Assembly (NCBI GenBank): GCA_037442505.1
Contig: JBBIPZ010000001.1
Span: 121,144 to 185,143, forward strand
Origin: Deltaproteobacteria bacterium
GTDB lineage: Bacteria > CALINM01
Reading direction: 5' to 3'
DNA: 64,000 bases
The first letter of the stretch is position 1, and every line of letters begins with the position of its first letter. Positions 32,637 through 41,401 of this stretch are shown here, piece by piece. The notes under the pieces are model-generated. The model worked only from the letters and a program-made list of their open reading frames with translations. It searched no databases and was not told where the DNA came from. The position numbers were made by a program, and so were the translations under genes.

Positions 32637-33651
32637 AAGCTAAATCCTCCAGTTTGGATAAGTGATCCTTGTTTCCTAAAGCGATAAAGATGTCTCCCGC
32701 TTCGATTTTGTATTTTGATTTTGGGTTAAACTCCATCCTGCCATCGTGCTTTTTAACAGCAATGATAATAGTTTCAGTGATTTCTCGTATCTTACTTTCT
32801 AAAATGGTTTTGCCACAAAGAGACGAGTTTTCAGAAACAAGTATTTCTTCCATTTTAAGTGGGGAGCCTTTTTCGTTAGTTCCGCCAGTGGTCACTTCTA
32901 TAAAATCTACAACGCTGGGTTTCAAAATAGCTAACGCCATTCTTTCTCCACCAATTGTATACGGTGATATCACCTTATTGGCTCCGGCTTTAAGCATCTT
33001 TTGTTCAGAACTATCTTCCGCAGAGCGTGAAATGATGTATATATCGGGATTAAGTTGTCTCGCTGTTAGGACTATAAATACGTTGTCAGCATCAGATGAA
33101 ACGACGCTCACGAGTCCTTTTGCTTTCATAATTCCAGCTGAAATCAAGGTGTCTTCTCTTGTTGAATCGTCAATTAAATATAAATAACCTTCGCTTTCGA
33201 TACGAATTTCCATTGAAGGGTCTTTTTCTATCACCACAAAAGGCAAATTTTGCTCATTAAGCCTTTTGCATATATAGGCGCCCATTCTGCCGAAACCACA
33301 GATGATATAATGGTCCTTTAGTCTTTCTATCATTTTTTTTCTCCTTTTTAATACCCATACTTGTTTGAGTTCGCCTTCGATTATGATAGATGTGATTACA
33401 GAGTAACCGTAAGCCACCGTTGATACACCAAATAAAATTAGTAAGGATGTAAAAATTTTACCTGAGGTGGATAAGTCTTTAACTTCCTTGAAACCAACAG
33501 TAGCAATAGTAATTATAGTCATATAGATGGCATCCAGTGGTTCATAGTCTTCAATTAAAATATATCCCAGAGTGCCCACTATAATAGTAAAAACTATTGC
33601 CCCCATTACCAACCACAATTTTTTTATAGTAACGTTGTATATTATTGGCAT
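32623..33651 (-). CDS. Potassium-channel-like protein with RCK (TrkA-N/TrkA-C) domains; non-canonical filter TVGFKE
   Basis: Two TM segments plus a pore helix (LDAIYMTIITIATVGFKEV). It is followed by a Rossmann RCK domain (YIICGFGRMG) and a TrkA-C domain. Confidence 0.75.
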   Translation of the reverse strand: MPIIYNVTIKKLWLVMGAIVFTIIVGTLGYILIEDYEPLDAIYMTIITIATVGFKEVKDLSTSGKIFTSLLILFGVSTVAYGYSVITSIIIEGELKQVWVLKRRKKMIERLKDHYIICGFGRMGAYICKRLNEQNLPFVVIEKDPSMEIRIESEGYLYLIDDSTREDTLISAGIMKAKGLVSVVSSDADNVFIVLTARQLNPDIYIISRSAEDSSEQKMLKAGANKVISPYTIGGERMALAILKPSVVDFIEVTTGGTNEKGSPLKMEEILVSENSSLCGKTILESKIREITETIIIAVKKHDGRMEFNPKSKYKIEAGDIFIALGNKDHLSKLEDLAYGKL

Positions 33652-33712
33652 ATTCGACCTTTATATTTTATACTAAAAAAGCGCAAAAAAAAAACTTAAA
33701 AGGCTGGTTAAA

Positions 33713-34264
33713 TTGAAAGTAGCAGCAGGTAAACTAAAGGGGCTTCTTTTAAAAGGACCAAGGCATATTCGACCTGTCACATCTTTTATTAAAGAGGCAA
33801 TCTTTAATATACTTCAGACGATTGACTGGAACAATGCGAAGGTCCTGGATCTGTTTGCAGGTGCAGGTAATTTTGGTATAGAGGCGATAAGCAGAGGTGC
33901 TAAATATGTTGTGTTTGTTGATATATCTAAAGAAACTAAACGTTATGTATCAAGCAATTTATCAAATGTTGACTGGAATGGAACTGTCATTATTGGTGAT
34001 TTTAGGGATATAGTAAAAAAGTTTTTTAAAAAAAACGAAAAATTTAATATAATTTTTGCAGACCCTCCTTTTGACAACGAACTGGGTATGGAGTTAGTTA
34101 ATCTGTTCGAAAGATATAACATATTGGTAGAAGATGGTACACTTATATTAAGGGTTAGAGACAAAGAAAAGGTAGAGTTTTCTGAAAAGTGGCAGGTAGA
34201 AAGTAGATTTTACGGCGATTCGGCAGTCTATTTTATTAAGAGAAGGCAAGCATGCGAACATTAA
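33713..34264 (+). CDS. rsmD: 16S rRNA (guanine966-N2)-methyltransferase
   Basis: LDLFAGAGNFGIEAISRGA and ADPPF motifs. 183 aa. Confidence 0.85.
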   Translation: MKVAAGKLKGLLLKGPRHIRPVTSFIKEAIFNILQTIDWNNAKVLDLFAGAGNFGIEAISRGAKYVVFVDISKETKRYVSSNLSNVDWNGTVIIGDFRDIVKKFFKKNEKFNIIFADPPFDNELGMELVNLFERYNILVEDGTLILRVRDKEKVEFSEKWQVESRFYGDSAVYFIKRRQACEH

Positions 34265-34686
34265 GATGTTTTTTTGTAGGTCTACTGTTTTTGTTTATAG
34301 CAACAAACACTATTGCCAAAAAGGATCATTCTGTTGATGAAACTGAAATAAACAGGTTTTATGATTCTTTAATGCAGCTTGTTAGCTATGATAAGTTTAG
34401 AGATTTTTATGATAGCTATATTGAAAAAAGTGAGATCTCATACGAAGATTTTAGCAAAGAGTTAAAATCAAGAGGTGTCATCATTGCTGGTGGATACGGT
34501 AGCAGGCTCGTAGGCTGGCAGAGAAAGGGGAAAAAGATAATCCTCACGATAGAGAGTGAAGTTAAAAATGAGGGCATTAAAAGGCTCCATTTAACATTAG
34601 AAGAGAAGAAAGAAGGACTCAAAATTAGAATTAACGAACTTCTTAAGATTTGTAAACAAAAACCTAAAAAAAGGAGCACTAAATGA
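34252..34686 (+). CDS. Hypothetical secreted protein inserted between rsmD and coaD
   Basis: 144 aa. N-terminal signal peptide (LRCFFVGLLFLFIATNTIA) and a lysine-rich C-terminus. It overlaps both neighbours. Confidence 0.5.
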   Translation: MRTLRCFFVGLLFLFIATNTIAKKDHSVDETEINRFYDSLMQLVSYDKFRDFYDSYIEKSEISYEDFSKELKSRGVIIAGGYGSRLVGWQRKGKKIILTIESEVKNEGIKRLHLTLEEKKEGLKIRINELLKICKQKPKKRSTK

Positions 34687-35183
34687 CAGCTGTATATCCA
34701 GGTTCTTTCGACCCCATTACAAATGGACATGTGGATATTATTCAGAGAAGCTGTAACTTGTTTAATAAAGTGATAGTAGCAGTTGCAATTAATTCAGAGA
34801 AGGCGGGCCTTTTTACTCCAGAAGAAAGGGTAGAGATTATCAAAGAAACTTTTAAAGGTAATCCGAAGATTGAGGTCGTTCATTTTAAAGGGCTGTTGAT
34901 AAATTACGTTAGAGATAACAACATCAAAGTAATAATTAGAGGGCTAAGAGCGGTTTCCGATTTTGAATACGAGTTTCAGATGGCATTGATGAATAAAAAG
35001 CTGTGGAAGGATGTTGAAACAGTTTTTATGATGAGTTCTGAAAACAATATGTATGTTAGTTCAAGGATTGTTAAAGAGATATTTAGTTTGGGTGGGTGTG
35101 TAAAAGACCTTGTACCTGAAAACGTTAGAACAAAACTTGAAAAGAAGTTTAAAGAGTTAAAAAAACATAAAAAGGGAATATGA
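34683..35183 (+). CDS. coaD: Phosphopantetheine adenylyltransferase
   Basis: AVYPGSFDPIT-GHVDII (H/TxGH motif). 166 aa. Confidence 0.92.
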   Translation: MTAVYPGSFDPITNGHVDIIQRSCNLFNKVIVAVAINSEKAGLFTPEERVEIIKETFKGNPKIEVVHFKGLLINYVRDNNIKVIIRGLRAVSDFEYEFQMALMNKKLWKDVETVFMMSSENNMYVSSRIVKEIFSLGGCVKDLVPENVRTKLEKKFKELKKHKKGI

Positions 35184-35184
35184 T

Positions 35185-36387
35185 ATGATAAAACTTGCAA
35201 AACGCTTAAAGTCATTAAAACCATCGCCTACGCTTGCACTTGATGCGCACATTAAGAAGTTACGTAGCTTGGGAATAAATGTGATAAGTTTTGGTGTTGG
35301 AGAGCCTGATTTTGATACGCCAGAAACAATAAAATCTGCGGCAATAAAAGCCATTAACAATGGTTTCACAAAATACACGCCTGCTTCCGGGACTGAAGAC
35401 CTCAAAAGGGCTGTGTGTCAATATTATCAGAAGTATTATAATGTAAATTTAACTCCACCACAAATAGTTGTCTCGAATGGAGCCAAGCACTCACTATTTA
35501 ACATTGCTTTAGCAATTTTTAATAACAGAGATGAGGTGATCATTCCTGCTCCTTATTGGGTGTCTTATCCAGAGCAGTTATGTTTAGTAGGAGCAAAGCC
35601 AATTTTTGTAAAAACAAGCCTTATGGATGGCTTTAAGGTCAAGGTAGAGCAGTTACAGCAATGTTTAACAAAAAAAACTAAAGCAATAATTTTAAACACG
35701 CCCTCAAATCCCACAGGAATGATTTATAATAAAGACGAGCTTTTAAAAATTCTTGATTTTGCCAAGACACATAAATTGTTTTTGATTGTTGATGAGATTT
35801 ATGACAGGCTTGTATATGAAAAGGAGTTTGTCTCAATTTTAAACTTAATACAGAACGATCAACTCGCAAAAGATTCAGTTATAGTCGTGAATGGAGTATC
35901 AAAATCCTTTGCGATGACGGGGTGGCGTATTGGTTACACTATTTCTAACGAGGCGATTGCGAAGGCTATGGCAGACATTCAAAGCCAGACGACTTCTAAC
36001 CCATCATCTATATCTCAAAAGGCGGCAGAAGCAGCACTTTTAGGAGATGACGAAGATGTTAAGAAAATGGTGGAAGTGTTTAAACAAAGGCGTGATTTAA
36101 TAGTATCTATGTTGAGAAATATAGAAGGCGTCAATTTAAAAAGTCCTGATGGAAGTTTTTATGTTTTTCCAGACTTTTCTCACTATATTAACAAAAAATT
36201 TAATGGCATCAGGATTCAAAGTACACTGAAACTTTGCGAATACCTTTTGAACGAAGCAAAAGTGGGAATTGTGCCGGGTGAAGCCTTTGGTGCCCCCGGA
36301 TTTGTTAGATTTTCTTTTGCTACTTCTAAAGAAAATATAAATGCTGGTTTAGAAAGTGTAAAATATGCACTTCACAGGCTTAAATAG
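35185..36387 (+). CDS. Aspartate/aromatic aminotransferase (class I PLP aminotransferase)
   Basis: NTPSNPTG, SKSFAMTGWRIGY (PLP-lysine) and R near the C-terminus. 400 aa. Confidence 0.85.
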   Translation: MIKLAKRLKSLKPSPTLALDAHIKKLRSLGINVISFGVGEPDFDTPETIKSAAIKAINNGFTKYTPASGTEDLKRAVCQYYQKYYNVNLTPPQIVVSNGAKHSLFNIALAIFNNRDEVIIPAPYWVSYPEQLCLVGAKPIFVKTSLMDGFKVKVEQLQQCLTKKTKAIILNTPSNPTGMIYNKDELLKILDFAKTHKLFLIVDEIYDRLVYEKEFVSILNLIQNDQLAKDSVIVVNGVSKSFAMTGWRIGYTISNEAIAKAMADIQSQTTSNPSSISQKAAEAALLGDDEDVKKMVEVFKQRRDLIVSMLRNIEGVNLKSPDGSFYVFPDFSHYINKKFNGIRIQSTLKLCEYLLNEAKVGIVPGEAFGAPGFVRFSFATSKENINAGLESVKYALHRLK

Positions 36388-36455
36388 ACTAAGTTAGAAC
36401 TTCTTACACTGCCATTTAATTATGCAAGAACTTTGCAAAACCTTGCAAGGGTCTT

Positions 36456-36478
36456 GAAAATCATTGAAAATGATTTTC
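36456..36478 (+). terminator. Perfect 10-bp inverted repeat GAAAATCATT-gaa-AATGATTTTC followed by T-rich tract
   Basis: AT-rich hairpin 70 nt after the aminotransferase stop, followed by TTTTCAAATTTTTAT. It could equally be an operator. Confidence 0.3.
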
Positions 36479-36632
36479 AAATTTTTATATAAATAGCTGG
36501 TCTACAGGGTTGTGGGGATACGCCATGAGTAAGAGGCCTTTTTCGAAGGTCTCTATGTGTGAAAAGATATTTTTTTTGAAAGCAGCTTTTTTTTCTTGCA
36601 TTTCTGAATAGAAACTGTTAAAAATTAAAACG

Positions 36633-37736
36633 ATGGTTGGAAAAATCGAGAAAAAGTTTTATTTTTTTGTGATTTTGTTTTGTACCGCTTTTCTCGTAAC
36701 GAGTGTCCCGTCTGTATATGCTAAAAAAAGCAGGTCAAGCAAAAAGATTTCCAAGCAAAAGACTGTAAAAAGTATTAAATCAGCCAAAAAAAACCAACAG
36801 ACATCACAAAAAATATATACTTTAAGGCGCGGAGATACATTGGTCAGAATTGCAAAGGTTAATGGTTGTGATGTAAAGACGTTAAAAAAGTTAAATCCCT
36901 CACTTGACCCGAAGAGATTGAAACCTGGCATCAAAATAAAGCTTCCCGTGTCTGTCGCAGATACAAAGAAATCTGTAATTAGAGACTCCGAAATTGTCTA
37001 TAAGGTGAAAAAAGGTGATACGCTTCATTCTATCGCTAAAAGATTTAACCTAAGTACAGATGAAATAAAGCAACTCAATAAGATTAATGATGAGCATATT
37101 GTTGCGGGGATGAATTTACTAATAAAGAATTTAGATAAAGAAAAAGATGAGCAAGGTGTAAAAAAGTTTTACTCCCTTACTGATGTAGACGATGAGGATT
37201 TTGGCGAAGATGCTGGAGAAGGAACAAAAGAGTTAACTTTACTTGACGATGAATCTAATTTGCCTAAAACCGTTATGCCTCCATTTACACTTACAAGAGA
37301 TAAGTTAGATAGATTACTTAGCTATTCCCTTGATTTTTTGGGCACGGATTATAAATATGGTGGAAACAGTGTATCTGCAATTGATTGTTCTGCCTTTGTC
37401 AAGACAGTTTTCAAGGAAATTGATATCAATCTACCCCGAACGTCTCGAGAACAGTTTAGTTATGGTGTTAATGTATCACTTGAAGAACTTCGTGAAGGAG
37501 ACTTGCTGTTTTTTGCAAAGAAAAAGCGTATAAATCACGTAGGGATATATATCGGCAATGATATGTTTATCCACGCAGCGAGAAAAGGAAAGGGAGTAAT
37601 AATAACCAAGATGGATAGTCCTTATGTTAAAAAACATTTTGTTGGGGCAAAAAGGATTTTCTCTTTAGAGGGAGAAAAACAGAATATAGATTTAAAGAAA
37701 GATTTAAGCCTTGCTGAAAAACCATTGGTAAACTAA
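36633..37736 (+). CDS. Cell-wall hydrolase: 2x LysM + C-terminal NlpC/P60 peptidase
   Basis: Signal anchor. Two LysM motifs (YTLRRGDTLVRIAKVNG, YKVKKGDTLHSIAKRFN). The NlpC/P60 catalytic Cys is in DCSAFVKTVF and the catalytic His in NHVGIYIGND. Confidence 0.85.
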   Translation: MVGKIEKKFYFFVILFCTAFLVTSVPSVYAKKSRSSKKISKQKTVKSIKSAKKNQQTSQKIYTLRRGDTLVRIAKVNGCDVKTLKKLNPSLDPKRLKPGIKIKLPVSVADTKKSVIRDSEIVYKVKKGDTLHSIAKRFNLSTDEIKQLNKINDEHIVAGMNLLIKNLDKEKDEQGVKKFYSLTDVDDEDFGEDAGEGTKELTLLDDESNLPKTVMPPFTLTRDKLDRLLSYSLDFLGTDYKYGGNSVSAIDCSAFVKTVFKEIDINLPRTSREQFSYGVNVSLEELREGDLLFFAKKKRINHVGIYIGNDMFIHAARKGKGVIITKMDSPYVKKHFVGAKRIFSLEGEKQNIDLKKDLSLAEKPLVN

Positions 37737-38672
37737 GCTAACGATAAGAGTGCCGCTCACGCAGACAAAAAGGTAATAAAAAAAAGCCCTCTTTTTAAAC
37801 ATCGTCAGGAAAACCGCCATAACTGGTATCGCTGTTACAGGTCCCCCTATCAAAAAAGCTAATCCAGCGCCATTATTTAAGCCTTTCTCTAAAAGACCGT
37901 AAAGTATTGCAGAAGCAGATATTTGGTTGACATAAAGAGGAATGGAGAAAATAATAACTATAAGAATGCTCATAATGTTGCCGTTACCTAAATAATCAGC
38001 AATCCATTCAGATGGAACAAATTTTAGTATCAATATCTCGAAAAACACTCCAATCAAGAAATATTTTCCTATCCTAAGCGTGCCTTCCCAGCCTTTTGCA
38101 AGAAAGACAAAGAATTTATTATTGGTTTTTGCTTCAACCTTATGACTCATCTGCATATGGCAGCTACAACGTAGCTCTTCAATAGGAAAATCTGGATCGT
38201 GGAAGTCCATATCATGGGGAATTTCTGTAACTTTTAGAATCTGATGATGTTTGAAAAATTTGTCTTCAAGAAGGAGTGTTAAAAAACCAGCATATAAACC
38301 CATAAAAGCAGCGGCAAACGATTTAGCAAGAGCCCATTGTGTTCCCAACTCCCATTGGGTTAAGGTATAGCCAGAAGGACTTAAAAGGGGGGAAGAAATT
38401 AAGAGTGCCATTACTGTTGAAAATGGGACGCCACCAAAAAATAATCCTAAAGATAGAGGAAGCACACCACATGCACATAGAGGACTGATTAACCCCAGGG
38501 CAGTTGCAATCATTATAGAAAGTACACCGTATTTTTTTATAGTGTTTTTGATTTTAACATGCCACTTGTATGTACGAATTAACGCTTCTAATCCTACTCC
38601 GATAAAAAAGTATGGTAATAAGTATAAAACTTCTTCTAAAAACTCTTTTAAAAAATCTAAAAATAGTTGCAT
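37704..38672 (-). CDS. Predicted permease (DUF318/YraQ-like) with Cys-rich loop
   Basis: 322 aa with multiple TM helices. The paired-Cys motif PLCACGVLP is typical of DUF318 permeases. An extra loop reads RCSCHMQMSHK. Confidence 0.6.
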   Translation of the reverse strand: MQLFLDFLKEFLEEVLYLLPYFFIGVGLEALIRTYKWHVKIKNTIKKYGVLSIMIATALGLISPLCACGVLPLSLGLFFGGVPFSTVMALLISSPLLSPSGYTLTQWELGTQWALAKSFAAAFMGLYAGFLTLLLEDKFFKHHQILKVTEIPHDMDFHDPDFPIEELRCSCHMQMSHKVEAKTNNKFFVFLAKGWEGTLRIGKYFLIGVFFEILILKFVPSEWIADYLGNGNIMSILIVIIFSIPLYVNQISASAILYGLLEKGLNNGAGLAFLIGGPVTAIPVMAVFLTMFKKRAFFYYLFVCVSGTLIVSLVYQWFFSKA

Positions 38673-39117
38673 AGTGACGTGTCCTTAAAGCACAATATAT
38701 GCCAATATTTTAGCAAGAAAAAGCCTTTATTAAAACGAAAAAACAATAGAATAACTGAAATTTTTAAAACTTGAATTTTATGTCTGACATATTATCAAAT
38801 TTTAACTGTTAATATGTCTTTGCCATTTATTTCTGTCTGGCGAAGGTTTGACAGTAGGCAGTTTTTTTTCTTAAGTAAGCACACATAACAAGTTGTTCAA
38901 AGGACAAAAACACCAAAGAATTTAGAAAATGATGAGATTGTTAAGCCACAATCAGAATGAGTTATGAGGCTACAAAATGCATGAGCAACAGAAATTAAGA
39001 AAGAAAAGTTGTTAGCCCGTTTTTATCATTTATCTGTGCGAGAGCTTAAAAAGTTTAACGTCAAACCGCAAATTTATCTTTTTTTTTCTTTTTCATTTTG
39101 TTAAAATATCTTAAGAT

Positions 39118-40299
39118 ATGACAAAAATTATCTCTTTTTTTGTGTTATTCTTTTTTTGCCTCTCCTCCCTTGTTCATGCGCAAAAGTATTCTATGCTTGT
39201 TCCCGATATTGTTCAGCGTAATATAGATAAGTTTGATGATGTGAAAACTACTTTTGCGATGAGAGAAGAGATCGCAAATTTTAAAAACTTTTCTGTTATT
39301 AATAGAAGTAACACCTTAAAACTTTTATCATCTGGCAACGGCAATGGATTCAATTACATGCCGGATACAGAAACCTATATTAACAAATTGTCAGATTTAG
39401 TTTTAAGTAAAGATATCGATTTTGCCTTTTTTGTCAACTTAAAAAGCTCTGGAAAAAGTTTTACAGTTGAAGCATATTTAATAAACTATGAAGGCATCTT
39501 ATATAATGACAGTGTCGAAATTAATAATAACGAAGATTTTGAAAATCAACTGAGAAAATTAGTTAGAGCTATATTTACAAGACTCAACTTTGGAGAAAAT
39601 GAAGGCAACAACCTTTATGAATACGAAGAGATGGTGTTTATACCAGGTGGTAACGCAATTATTGGGAGTAATTTTGGAGAACCGTTTGAAGCCCCTGAGC
39701 GAACAGTTTTTGTAAACTCGTTTTATATTGATAAATTTGAAGTTACAAATGCACAATATAAGCGTTTTATTGATGAAACAAAAAGAGAAGCACCAAAAAA
39801 CGTTGTCAATTCAGACTATACTATCTGGAAAAAAGGTACGTATCCAGAAGAACTTGCAAACCATCCCGTTGTTAATGTTACCTGGTATGAGGCAAAGGCA
39901 TATTGTGAATGGGCAGGCAAACGATTGCCTACATCAATCGAGTGGGAGAAGGCAGCAAGAGGTCCATACGGCAACGTTTATCCCTGGGGTAACGAGTTCT
40001 TTATGGGCTATGCTAATCTTTACACAAAGGGAGTGTCGTATAAAATACAACAAACTGTTCCCGTTGGTTCATATGAGAAATCAAAAAGTTATTATGGTGT
40101 ATATGACTTAGCCGGGAATGTTTGGGAGTGGACAGCAAGCGTTCCTCCTAATTCTAAGGACCCAGCAGATATAAGGCGTGTAGCAAAAGGTGGGGGTTGG
40201 GGTTACAATGGGAATAAATATACTTCCCGTGCATCTTATGGTATCTTTTTCACCGCAGACTATACAAGTAACTGTTTGGGTTTTAGGTGTGCCAAGTAA
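39118..40299 (+). CDS. Secreted protein with C-terminal formylglycine-generating-enzyme (FGE-sulfatase/SUMF1) domain
   Basis: Signal peptide. ~170-aa N-terminal domain of unknown type. FGE-domain motifs: MVFIPGG, FYIDKFEVTNAQYKRF, HPVVNVTWYEAKAYCEWAG, LPT--EWE, GNVWEWT and GFRC. Confidence 0.8.
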   Translation: MTKIISFFVLFFFCLSSLVHAQKYSMLVPDIVQRNIDKFDDVKTTFAMREEIANFKNFSVINRSNTLKLLSSGNGNGFNYMPDTETYINKLSDLVLSKDIDFAFFVNLKSSGKSFTVEAYLINYEGILYNDSVEINNNEDFENQLRKLVRAIFTRLNFGENEGNNLYEYEEMVFIPGGNAIIGSNFGEPFEAPERTVFVNSFYIDKFEVTNAQYKRFIDETKREAPKNVVNSDYTIWKKGTYPEELANHPVVNVTWYEAKAYCEWAGKRLPTSIEWEKAARGPYGNVYPWGNEFFMGYANLYTKGVSYKIQQTVPVGSYEKSKSYYGVYDLAGNVWEWTASVPPNSKDPADIRRVAKGGGWGYNGNKYTSRASYGIFFTADYTSNCLGFRCAK

Positions 40300-40393
40300 A
40301 TATATCTTCAATGGTTTATTCCTGTCAAAAAAAATAGACAACCTTAACCAAAAAAGATAAAATCTATTAAAACGAACAATTATAGGAGGCTTT

Positions 40394-41401
40394 ATGGCTC
40401 TTGATAGTCAAAAAAACAAGGCTTTAGAGATAGCTATGTCTCAAATTGAAAAGCAGTTTGGCAAAGGTTCGATAATGAAGCTCGGCAGCGAGTCTCTGGA
40501 AAAGGACATAGATGTAATTTCGACTGGCTCGATATCTTTAGATATAGCTTTAGGTGTAGGTGGTGTGCCGAGAGGCAGGATAATAGAGATTTTTGGACCA
40601 GAATCCTCTGGTAAAACTACGATCTGTTTACACGTCATTGCAGAAGCACAAAAAAAGGGTGGCGCAGCGGCATTTATAGATGCAGAACATGCACTTGATG
40701 TAGTTTATGCAAGTAAGTTGGGCGTTAAGACTGATGACCTGTTAATATCACAACCTGATACTGGCGAGCAAGCTCTTGAGATTGCTGAAGTTCTTATAAG
40801 AAGTGGTGCTTTAGATGTGCTTGTTATAGATTCTGTAGCAGCATTGGTTCCAAAGGCTGAAATTGAAGGGGAAATGGGAGATGCGCATATGGGTTTACAG
40901 GCAAGGTTAATGTCGCAGGCACTAAGAAAACTAACTGCTGCAATATCAAAATCCAAGACTACCGTTATTTTCACAAACCAGATACGTTCAAAGATTGGTG
41001 TATTTTTTGGAAATCCTGAAACGACAACAGGTGGATATGCGCTTAAATTTTATGCATCGGTTAGAATGGATATTCGTCCTATTAGTCCTATTAAAGAAGG
41101 CAATGATAAGATTGGAACGAGAACGCGTGTCAAGGTCGTTAAAAACAAAGTTGCTCCCCCTTTTAAAGAGGCAGAATTTGACATCCTTTATGGTGTAGGG
41201 ATATCAAAGGAAGGAGATGTGCTGGATCTGGCAGTTGAGGAAGGGTTAATTGAAAAAAGTGGTGCATGGTACTCATATAAAGGGGATCGAATCGGTCAGG
41301 GACGTGAAAATGCAAAACAGTATTTAAAAGAGCATACGGAACTTTTAGCCCAGTTAGAAAAGGCGATTCTTGAAAAGCATAACCTATACAAAGGAGAGTA
41401 A
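40394..41401 (+). CDS. recA: Recombinase A
   Basis: [27 protein letters not shown] (Walker A) and LVIDSVAAL. Confidence 0.97.
   Translation: MALDSQKNKALEIAMSQIEKQFGKGSIMKLGSESLEKDIDVISTGSISLDIALGVGGVPRGRIIEIFGPESSGKTTICLHVIAEAQKKGGAAAFIDAEHALDVVYASKLGVKTDDLLISQPDTGEQALEIAEVLIRSGALDVLVIDSVAALVPKAEIEGEMGDAHMGLQARLMSQALRKLTAAISKSKTTVIFTNQIRSKIGVFFGNPETTTGGYALKFYASVRMDIRPISPIKEGNDKIGTRTRVKVVKNKVAPPFKEAEFDILYGVGISKEGDVLDLAVEEGLIEKSGAWYSYKGDRIGQGRENAKQYLKEHTELLAQLEKAILEKHNLYKGE

Noticed and set aside
32669-33187. 172-aa plus-strand ORF opposite the K+ channel gene
   Set aside because: Antisense shadow ORF. The channel frame has strong domain evidence.
39728-40111. 127-aa plus-strand ORF in alternate frame of the FGE gene
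   Set aside because: It overlaps the FGE-domain frame, which has clear family motifs. The alternate frame has no recognisable features.
40300-40393. SOS (LexA/Cheo-box) operator upstream of recA
   Set aside because: No CGAACnnnnGTTCG or CTGT-N8-ACAG motif is recognisable. Only a partial CGAACA is present.
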